Source: an uncultured Fidelibacterota bacterium (GTDB taxonomy: Bacteria > Fidelibacterota > Marinisomatia > Marinisomatales > UBA1611). From it: DNA of 26,119 bases. This document shows positions 1 through 7,731 of this stretch, piece after piece. Under the pieces are notes generated by a model, which was given only the letters and a program-made list of their open reading frames with translations, was not told the origin of the DNA and ran no database searches. The stretch lies in NCBI GenBank assembly GCA_913040915.1, contig CAJWHW010000027.1:1-26119 (forward strand), in the 5' to 3' direction. The translations under genes and the position numbers were made by a program. The number at the start of each line of letters is the position of its first letter. Within the stretch, counting starts at the first letter, position 1.

Positions 1-180
1 GTAGCTATATTCGGACAGGATAAGCGCTGAAAGCATATAAGCGCGAAACCCACCTTAAGATTAGATTTCCCTACCTTTTTGGTAATAAGGCTCGTTGGAG
101 ACTACAACGTTGATAGGCCACAGGTGTAAGTGCAGTAATGCATTCAGCCGAGTGGTACTAATTAGCCGAACGGCTTTATC
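1..180 (+). rRNA. rrl: 23S rRNA, 3' end (partial; begins before the window)
   Basis: Conserved domain VI motifs GGATAAGCGCTGAAAGCATATAAGC, GTTGATAGG...GGTGTAAG and GGTACTAAT...CCG..GGCTT. The 3' boundary is approximate. Confidence 0.97.
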
Positions 181-225
181 AAGCTTTTATTCTTAAATAT
201 GAACTTGGCCCAATTTCCAAAATTT

Positions 226-346
226 TTTCCGGTGGCTATAGCGTAGGGGAAACACCCGATCCCATCTCGAACTCGGCAGTTAAGCCCTACAGCGCCGATG
301 GTACTGCGCGGGAGACCAGCGTGGGAGAGTAGGACGTTGCCGGGAA
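226..346 (+). rRNA. rrf: 5S rRNA
   Basis: Hallmark segments CACCCGATCCCATCTCGAACTCGGCAGTTAAG and GCCGATGGTACT...GGGAGAGTAGG. Termini TTTCCGGTGGC / GTTGCCGGGAA pair as helix I. It lies about 45 nt downstream of the 23S. Confidence 0.97.
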
Positions 347-352
347 CATTTC

Positions 353-386
353 AAAAGCCCTGATATTAATCCGGGCTTTTCTTTTT
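353..386 (+). terminator. Intrinsic terminator of the rRNA operon
   Basis: AAAAGCCC-T-GAT-ATTA-ATC-C-GGGCTTTT hairpin followed by CTTTTT, immediately after the 5S gene. Confidence 0.85.
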
Positions 387-400
387 CCCTTAAGTTATTA

Positions 401-455
401 TTGACAAATCTATTCCTTTTTTACTTTGTTTCAGTCGAGAATGTTATGGTAAATT
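401..455 (+). promoter_or_regulatory. Candidate sigma70-type promoter region for the 479-7670 cluster
   Basis: Perfect TTGACA at 401-406, but the nearest -10-like hexamer (TACTTT, 422-427) is only 15 bp away. An alternative extended -10, TGTTATGGT, lies at 442-450. Its position after a terminator suggests a promoter is needed here. Confidence 0.3.
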
Positions 456-478
456 GAGTCGAGTTAGGTTTAAAGTCT

Positions 479-1654
479 ATGAAACAAATATTCAAATTAA
501 TCCTTATATCTATTGCACTTCTTCAGCCTGCAAAGCCACAAAATGTAACGCTTACCGGTGATATTTTTGAATATGCAACTTATTATGTCAATAGTTTTGA
601 TCTCAGCACAGGTGCAACGAATGTCCAGATTTTCCGATACCAATTACAATCTGAATCGAATGAATATCCCATTTCTGTAAAAATTTGGTTTCGTGCGTCC
701 ATGCTTTCCCCAGCTTTGGGGATTAATAATCAAACAACTATTATTGAAATAGAAACAGATCTTTTTTCATTACAGGCGCCTGTTATATTAGATAATAGAG
801 ATGTTTCTTCTGAGACCTCAATTATCTATGATATGGCTTCACCTCCAAACAGTATTGAGTTAAAAGGACAAGTTTTGGAAAGTTTGGATCCAACTCAGGC
901 AGATGCGATTTTACAAAGTGTCATTACAACTGGAAGAATCGCTGATGGTGATTATACATTTGAAGTTGAGATTAGAGGTGAATCTGGTAATATATTAGGT
1001 CCAGATGCAAGAAAGGAAAAAACTATCGTTGTACAATCACCTGTTTCAATTAATCTAGAATCTCCTGGCGGTGTATTAACTGATATTCAGGACAATGTTA
1101 TTTACACAACATTTCCAATATTTCAATGGTTTTCTCAGTCTTGTTCAGGTTGTAATTCATATATTCGGGTTGCTGAATATAGTTCCGATGTTCATAGTTC
1201 TTTAGAAGATGCCATGGATGATCAAAGAGTTCTGCCTTTTGATCAAACTGAAGATTGGTATCCGGTTGATCAGGCAAATAGTTTCCAATACCCCTTTAGT
1301 GGAGCCTACCCGCTGGAAGAAGATAAGACCTATGCATGGCAAGCCATGATGACTTTACCAACTACATCAGGTAGTGAAGAAATGGCATCTTCGATCTTTG
1401 CTTTCAAAATTGGTGTAGCTGGAAATTTGGAAAGCAGTAGTGGTACGACCAGTCCACTTTTAATGACACTTCAACAAGCATTAGGCGAAGACCAGTTTAA
1501 TGCGTTTTTTGGTATAGGAAATGAACTTCAAGGTTATAATCCAACCGGTCAACTTGAGGTAAATGGTATAAATGTTGATGAAGCAAGTTTGAATTACTTA
1601 CTTAATCAGATCCTAAGCAATACATATCAGGTACAATCAATTTCAGTGGAATAA
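479..1654 (+). CDS. Secreted hypothetical protein, 391 aa; beta-sandwich domains reminiscent of TANFOR-domain / DUF928-like proteins
   Basis: Signal peptide MKQIFKLILISIALLQPAKP-Q. Motifs GRIADGDYTFEVEI, SPVSINLESPG..FPIFQW and FQYP..AYPLEEDKTYAWQA. Stop overlaps the next start (TAATG). The domain resemblance is from memory. Confidence 0.7.
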   Translation: MKQIFKLILISIALLQPAKPQNVTLTGDIFEYATYYVNSFDLSTGATNVQIFRYQLQSESNEYPISVKIWFRASMLSPALGINNQTTIIEIETDLFSLQAPVILDNRDVSSETSIIYDMASPPNSIELKGQVLESLDPTQADAILQSVITTGRIADGDYTFEVEIRGESGNILGPDARKEKTIVVQSPVSINLESPGGVLTDIQDNVIYTTFPIFQWFSQSCSGCNSYIRVAEYSSDVHSSLEDAMDDQRVLPFDQTEDWYPVDQANSFQYPFSGAYPLEEDKTYAWQAMMTLPTTSGSEEMASSIFAFKIGVAGNLESSSGTTSPLLMTLQQALGEDQFNAFFGIGNELQGYNPTGQLEVNGINVDEASLNYLLNQILSNTYQVQSISVE

Positions 1655-2322
1655 TGCAACTTGTTAAATTCATCATTGTTTATACATTTGTATTGTCTCC
1701 TCTTTTAGCGGATAAAATAGCTGTTGCAACAAAAGTAAAAGGCCTTGTTGAAATTATGGCTGTTGGTACAGATGAATTTTCCAATTTAAAAGCAGGTACT
1801 ATTCTTTCTGATGGAGATAAAATTAGAACCGGAAGATCCGGGTTTGCTGCTATTATATTTATTGATGATAAATCTACATTGAAACTTAAGGGTGATTCTG
1901 AAGCGGTCATTACAGGTCAGAGATCTGCAGCGAGTATTTCGAAAAAGATCAATATGGATCAAGGTACTGTCCGCGCAACGATAAAAAAACAAAATGTGGA
2001 TTTTGTTATTCAAACTCCCACATCTGTGGCATCTGTAAAAGGAACAGATTTTTGGTTAGTTTCTGATCCGGAATCAGGTGACCAAGTCATAGGTATTGAA
2101 GGAATTATTAGTCTAGTTAACAGCGAAACAGGAGAAGAAGTTGATGTGACGAGTGGTCTATCCGCTACTTCTACACCAGATGGGAATTTAGCCGTTAATG
2201 AAACTGATCTTGGTTCTATTCCAGAAGATCCAAGTGATGAAAGTGAAGGACCATCTCAAATTCGGATCTACTTAGAAGGTCCCAATGGCGAACAAAAAGT
2301 GATGGTTATTGAATATCAATAA
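1654..2322 (+). CDS. Secreted FecR-domain protein, 222 aa
   Basis: Signal peptide ending LLA-D. FecR pattern GDKIRTG..GFAAIIFIDDKSTLKL..DSE..., IQTPTSVASVKGTDF. Acidic Pro-rich linker and a short C-terminal beta segment. Confidence 0.88.
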   Translation: MQLVKFIIVYTFVLSPLLADKIAVATKVKGLVEIMAVGTDEFSNLKAGTILSDGDKIRTGRSGFAAIIFIDDKSTLKLKGDSEAVITGQRSAASISKKINMDQGTVRATIKKQNVDFVIQTPTSVASVKGTDFWLVSDPESGDQVIGIEGIISLVNSETGEEVDVTSGLSATSTPDGNLAVNETDLGSIPEDPSDESEGPSQIRIYLEGPNGEQKVMVIEYQ

Positions 2323-2361
2323 TTATTTACCTTCCCCATAAAATCCAATAAACTTCAGCCC

Positions 2362-5121
2362 ATGCGAAAGCGTAATATTCAGAAACTATTTCTGGCGTTA
2401 CCTTTTTATCTGGTTGGATGGATTTTCTCACAAGCAAATCATCTATATTACCATGAGAGGCCAACGCAAGTTTATATCGGTGAGGAAGTGGCTATTTCCC
2501 AATTAATGTTTACGGATGAACCTATAGCATATGGAATGCTATTCTTCAGAGATAAAGGTGAACTAAGTTATCAGGAAGTTCGTATGTTTTTTGAAGCTGG
2601 AAAGTGGGTAGGATATATTCCTGCTCATCGTGTAACTAAACAAGGATTGGAGTACGTAACTGTTTTGACAACAAAAAGTGGTGGTAGAATCGCACTACCA
2701 TTAACATCTAATCCATTTGATACTCCATTGGAAATAAAAGTTCTACATTCTTTAGTAAATGTTAAAGATGATTCTCATGTAAGCAGACAGAAAAAAAGTT
2801 CAAAAGATTCTGAAACAAGTTTTGTTGATGCAGATATTTTAATTTTGTCCCCTGAAGATGGCTCGATGAACCGACCTGATGAAGTGGTTATCTCAGCTTC
2901 TTTATTTAATGCACCCAATATTGACCAGTCCAGCCTTCAATTTATCTTGGATGGAGAAGATCTGACTGAACAGGCCCTGATATCTGGTGATGTTCTATCC
3001 TTGGTACCTAAAGATGAACTTGATGTCGGATTGCATTCTGTCACACTCCGTTTTAAAACAACATACGGAATTGATGTTTACCCTGTTGAATGGTCTTTCA
3101 ACGTGAATAAAGGAATGGAAAATATTTCGCAGGCTTTTGTTTATAAAGGTTTTTTTAATGCTAAAACTTCTTCCAGCACTGCATCTTCAATCACTATTGA
3201 TGAAAAGGAAAATTCAGGTAAGATTGATGGAGAATTAAGTTGGATAAAAGCCAGATATTCATTTCGTAATTCCAGTAGAGAGTCTGTTTTTTCTCAACCA
3301 TTGAATAGATCTACTCTGTCTCTGCAGATTACAGACTATCTTAAAGTGGAAAATGGCGATGTTTATCCATCAGTTTCACCTTACGTATTGGATGGAAAAA
3401 GAGTTGACGGACGCCATATTCATGCCAATGTGAATTATGATGTTGATGTATGGCGATGGAATTTAAAAGGTGCGTTTGAATTCCAATATGTTAATGGAAA
3501 ATTTGCAAGGGAGGTTCAATATCAGCCAGGTATTGATAGGGCCTATAAGTTACTTACAGATGGGACACTATTGAATGATGATGGAACAAGATTATTTAAG
3601 ATAGATCGAAAAGGTTATACTTTCCCTAGAGATGTAGTAATTGCCCGAATGGGTTTTTCTTTATTGAACAAATATCGTGGTGGATTCCATTTTCTGAAGT
3701 CGAAGGACGATTTTGAAAAAATAAGCGTATCTGCTCCTGCCACAAGTCTATTTACCATAGACTCTACTGTTCTGGGGGATAGTGTCTCTTACTATACCTT
3801 AACATCTTTAAGGGATACCTTACGTACTCAAGGTGATTCAGTTGTGGTTAAAAAACGAAATTGGGGTGACGGTAATCCTGAAGAAAATTTGGTTCTTGGC
3901 TGGGAATTTGAAGCAGCTATAGATAATAGAAAATTACTTTTTCAAACCGGTTGGAATATGAGTTATACAAATTCTAATATTTGGGCAGGAACAGCAAATA
4001 AGGACTCTTTAGATCTGATGCTGGATACACTAAGTGATGGAAAGATCATGGAACAATATGATGTGACAGATATCGGTGACATGATTGAAGAATATGAGGA
4101 TATTTTCACTGTTCATCCATTTTATATGTCACCCATTGCACCGATTGATCCTCTAATTGCTGAAAAAAGCCCGTTCAAGGCCTTTCTGAATATGCCTGGT
4201 TCCGCCTACTATCTAAGGGTGAAAGGTAGTTATTCTTTTAATAATATTCTTATAGAGTATAAACAAATCGGCCCAGAATATAAAAGTTTTGGTAATCCTT
4301 ATTTGACAACGAATCTACGGGAATTTATTATTAATGATCGTTTATCATTACTTGGCAGAAGACTTATGATTGTAGCGGCATACAAATATCGTGATAATAA
4401 CTTATTGGAGACAGTGGCAAACCCAATTGCATCAAAAACATTTTCATTTAATACAACATTGGTACCGGGTCCTGGAGCACCTTCAATCATTTTAAATATC
4501 CAATCAATAGGGAGAACCAATGGAGTCGATTCTTTAAATTTAGACCAATATGGAAATTACCTAGGTGATAATCGGGAAGATACACAGGCGTTAAATATTA
4601 TGGGCTCTGTAAACCTCCCAGGTACTTTTGGTCAGGTGAATACAACAACATCGATAAATGTGAACTCTATTACCTATAGTGATAATTTGGCAATGGAACG
4701 ACGTGGTGATTACTTGTTCCAAAAATCAGAAACACAGTCTCTTTCAATAACTTTTTCAACTCGATTTCAATTCCCTTTGAAAACATCGAGCACGTTTAAT
4801 CGTACACAATTATTTTTACCCTATGTTGATAAAAATAATAATCCTTATACTAAAGAGAATGTTTGGACAACTTTCAATACAAATGCTCAATATTCTATTT
4901 TTAGAAATCGTGTTCGCTTTCGCGGGGGATTAGATTTTATGACAAATGGTGAGACGGATAATACATCAACAAAACTTTATGGGGGAAAACTTGGCTGTGA
5001 CATAGATATTATTTATAAATTGACCATGAGTTTTAATAGTTCAATTCGAATGAATGATATTAATGGAAAGAGATCAGTCAATAGCTCAGGATTTAATCTG
5101 AGTTTAGGATATAGGTTTTGA
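2362..5121 (+). CDS. Large outer-membrane beta-barrel protein with N-terminal Ig-like domains, 919 aa
   Basis: Signal peptide ending IFS-Q. Two Ig-like N-terminal segments (HERPTQVYIGEEV...GYIPA...GLEY; ILSPEDGS...FILDGEDLT...GLHSVTL). Alternating amphipathic strands in the C-terminal part. Terminal strand FNLSLGYRF ends in Phe (BAM recognition signal). Confidence 0.72.
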   Translation: MRKRNIQKLFLALPFYLVGWIFSQANHLYYHERPTQVYIGEEVAISQLMFTDEPIAYGMLFFRDKGELSYQEVRMFFEAGKWVGYIPAHRVTKQGLEYVTVLTTKSGGRIALPLTSNPFDTPLEIKVLHSLVNVKDDSHVSRQKKSSKDSETSFVDADILILSPEDGSMNRPDEVVISASLFNAPNIDQSSLQFILDGEDLTEQALISGDVLSLVPKDELDVGLHSVTLRFKTTYGIDVYPVEWSFNVNKGMENISQAFVYKGFFNAKTSSSTASSITIDEKENSGKIDGELSWIKARYSFRNSSRESVFSQPLNRSTLSLQITDYLKVENGDVYPSVSPYVLDGKRVDGRHIHANVNYDVDVWRWNLKGAFEFQYVNGKFAREVQYQPGIDRAYKLLTDGTLLNDDGTRLFKIDRKGYTFPRDVVIARMGFSLLNKYRGGFHFLKSKDDFEKISVSAPATSLFTIDSTVLGDSVSYYTLTSLRDTLRTQGDSVVVKKRNWGDGNPEENLVLGWEFEAAIDNRKLLFQTGWNMSYTNSNIWAGTANKDSLDLMLDTLSDGKIMEQYDVTDIGDMIEEYEDIFTVHPFYMSPIAPIDPLIAEKSPFKAFLNMPGSAYYLRVKGSYSFNNILIEYKQIGPEYKSFGNPYLTTNLREFIINDRLSLLGRRLMIVAAYKYRDNNLLETVANPIASKTFSFNTTLVPGPGAPSIILNIQSIGRTNGVDSLNLDQYGNYLGDNREDTQALNIMGSVNLPGTFGQVNTTTSINVNSITYSDNLAMERRGDYLFQKSETQSLSITFSTRFQFPLKTSSTFNRTQLFLPYVDKNNNPYTKENVWTTFNTNAQYSIFRNRVRFRGGLDFMTNGETDNTSTKLYGGKLGCDIDIIYKLTMSFNSSIRMNDINGKRSVNSSGFNLSLGYRF

Positions 5122-7670
5122 TAAAACGTATTATAAAATTTTTCCAGACCCATGTGGTGGATTTGGGATTAACTCTCGGCTCGATTATTTTGACCTGTTT
5201 ACTTCATTGGCTGGGTATTTTTGATTTTTTGGAACTAAAGACTTACGATTACCGGTTTCATACTGTTCGTGGCCCCCTCACTGGCTGGCGTGCAAGTGAC
5301 TCGACAATTATTGAAATGGGTACAGACGTTGTTTTGGTAGAAGTGGATGATGAAGCCTGGCGAATTCTAAAAGATAAAAAAGTTCCCTGGCCTTATCCAA
5401 GGGGAGATATTTGGGCACGTGCTATTGATAATTTGTCTCAAGCTGGAGCAAAGGTCATAGCCTTTGATATTCAATTTGATTCGCCAGATGCCCGCAGTGA
5501 ATATTTAAGGACTGTAAGTGCCAACCTACCTCAGGAATTTCAGCAATATTTACCGGGACATGGTGACATCATTCTTGCGGATGCAATAAAAAGTGCTCAA
5601 GAAAATGGTACGAAGGTGGTCATGGATGTAAAAATGGTTCGGGAACCAACACGAATTCCTCCAAATTATATTGCCTATCCCGTTCCGGAAATAATGGAAG
5701 TTAATCCAGAAACTGGATTAATTAATGACATGTTGGATATAGATGGATTTTCACGCCAATATAGTATTGCTGGTTATATGGAACACGAACCAAGTGTTGC
5801 TTACCTTACTTTGGGGATGAAGTGCGTAAAATCATTTAGGGATATATCGGATGATGCAATTCCAAAATATGATTCCAAGAATCTAAATTGGGAATTTGGT
5901 CCATTAAATATTACATCTTACGGTCGTACTAATAATTTTCTTGTGAATTATTACGGACCACCTTCCGGATATAAAATGCCTGGTAGACATGATTTAAAAC
6001 CATGGGGTACTTTTCCAAGATTTTCATTATCACAAATATTGGACACTCAAGATTATGAATTACCTGAAGATCTCGATTGGATGAGCCAATTCCTTCCTGG
6101 TCAGATTCCTGACTGGGTTGTGGCTATTGAAGATGAAAATGAGCGAAAAGAAATGATGGCCATGCTGGGAATAGGGTCTGATTTTGATATTACCCAATCT
6201 CCATTTTACAATAAAATTGTTTTACTTGGTGTATCAGTTGAAGTACTGCACGATGTAAAATCCACACCATTTTATAATTATTTAAGTCTTAGCCAATTAA
6301 CTCCAGGAATGGAAACTCATGCCAATGCAATTCAGACCATTCTTCATGGAAATTACATTAAAGTTTTTGGTGGTAAGACAACCCGTTATATGGTAGAAGG
6401 TGCCGGATATCCTTTAGCCAACGTCTTTTTGATATTTGGATTATGCGGAATTGCATACTTTCTACTAACCAAAATTGAATTGCATCCAGTCGTCGCAGGA
6501 ATTGTTATTTTTTCTGAAGGTCTAGTCTACTACGCATATTCAATGGGAATGTTTGCCAATGACTATTGGTGGTTTTGGAAATCCACAGTAGCAAATATTC
6601 TGCCCGATTCTCTCCATAACAAATTCTATGATTTACTGCAGGTAGAATTGCCAGGACCAGGTGAATCTTATGTTATGCCTATTGTAGCACCAATTGCTGG
6701 ATTAATACTGACCTATGCCAGTAATATAATTTTTCAATTTCTTCATGAACAGAAGGATAAGAATTTTTTAAGAGAAACTTTTGGTACATACATTGCACCA
6801 AAAGTACTGGATAAAATGTATGAAGAGAAACAGGCACCAAAATTGGGAGGAGTTGAGGGCCACCATACTGCATTCTTTTCAGATATACAAAATTTCTCTA
6901 CTTTTTCTGAAGCACTTGAGCCCGAAAGAATGGTTGCTTTGATGAATGAATATTTAACAGTCATGTCAAAAGTTATCTTGGAAAATGAAGGAACCTTGGA
7001 TAAATATATTGGCGATGCGATTGTAGCCTTTTATGGTGCGCCTGCGCCAGTTGAAAACCATGAGGTAAAATCATGCAAAACAGCCTTGGCTATGCAGGAT
7101 GCATTGAATAACTTGAGAAAAAAGTGGAAATCAGAAGGCGATTGGCCTGATATTGTTTATTCCATGCAGCATCGTATTGGTTTAAACAGTGGAAAAATGG
7201 TTACTGGAAATATGGGATCGGAAATGCGTATGAACTATACCATGATGGGCGACACAGTCAATCTCGCAGCTAGACTTGAATCATCAGCAAAACAATATGG
7301 TGTATACAACTTCGTGGGGGAGAATATCTATGAATCTGCTAAAGATGAATATATGTTTCGATTTTTGGATTTTGTAAAGGTTAAGGGTAAAAAAATACCT
7401 GTAAAGGTATATGAACTTGTCACAGCGAAAGAAAATGCCGAAAATAATACAGTTAATATGGTAAAAACCTTTGAGGAAGGACTGGATCATTATTATCAAC
7501 AGAATTGGAAAAAAGCAATTGTATCATTTCAGGAATCCGAAAGTATGGAAGAACACTTTACCTCCCGAAATACTACGCCATCCGCGGTGTATATCGAACG
7601 GTGCAATATGTTTAAAGAAAACCCACCAAGTAAAAATTGGGATGGTGTATGGACAATGACATCAAAATAA
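5118..7670 (+). CDS. Membrane-bound CHASE2-sensor class III adenylate cyclase, 850 aa
   Basis: N-terminal TM. CHASE2 motifs (ELKTYDYRF, VVLVEVDD, WPYPRG, GAKVIAFDIQF, PGMETHANAIQTIL), then three TMs. Cyclase motifs FSDIQNFS, DKYIGDAI and YTMMGDTVNLAARLE, plus a C-terminal TPR-like tail ending WDGVWTMTSK. TTG start overlaps the upstream TGA. Confidence 0.95.
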   Translation: MIKRIIKFFQTHVVDLGLTLGSIILTCLLHWLGIFDFLELKTYDYRFHTVRGPLTGWRASDSTIIEMGTDVVLVEVDDEAWRILKDKKVPWPYPRGDIWARAIDNLSQAGAKVIAFDIQFDSPDARSEYLRTVSANLPQEFQQYLPGHGDIILADAIKSAQENGTKVVMDVKMVREPTRIPPNYIAYPVPEIMEVNPETGLINDMLDIDGFSRQYSIAGYMEHEPSVAYLTLGMKCVKSFRDISDDAIPKYDSKNLNWEFGPLNITSYGRTNNFLVNYYGPPSGYKMPGRHDLKPWGTFPRFSLSQILDTQDYELPEDLDWMSQFLPGQIPDWVVAIEDENERKEMMAMLGIGSDFDITQSPFYNKIVLLGVSVEVLHDVKSTPFYNYLSLSQLTPGMETHANAIQTILHGNYIKVFGGKTTRYMVEGAGYPLANVFLIFGLCGIAYFLLTKIELHPVVAGIVIFSEGLVYYAYSMGMFANDYWWFWKSTVANILPDSLHNKFYDLLQVELPGPGESYVMPIVAPIAGLILTYASNIIFQFLHEQKDKNFLRETFGTYIAPKVLDKMYEEKQAPKLGGVEGHHTAFFSDIQNFSTFSEALEPERMVALMNEYLTVMSKVILENEGTLDKYIGDAIVAFYGAPAPVENHEVKSCKTALAMQDALNNLRKKWKSEGDWPDIVYSMQHRIGLNSGKMVTGNMGSEMRMNYTMMGDTVNLAARLESSAKQYGVYNFVGENIYESAKDEYMFRFLDFVKVKGKKIPVKVYELVTAKENAENNTVNMVKTFEEGLDHYYQQNWKKAIVSFQESESMEEHFTSRNTTPSAVYIERCNMFKENPPSKNWDGVWTMTSK

Positions 7671-7731
7671 ATTGAATTCGAAACTTTTCAGAAATACTTC
7701 ATTTCGTCCGTAATTTTTAATTCTTCACTAT

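Noticed and set aside
181..225. tRNA or other RNA gene in the 23S-5S spacer
   Set aside because: The spacer is only about 45 nt, with no cloverleaf or T-loop motif.
387..478. CRP/Clr binding site upstream of the cyclase operon
   Set aside because: No convincing TGTGA-N6-TCACA or TGTT-N8-AACA dyad was found.
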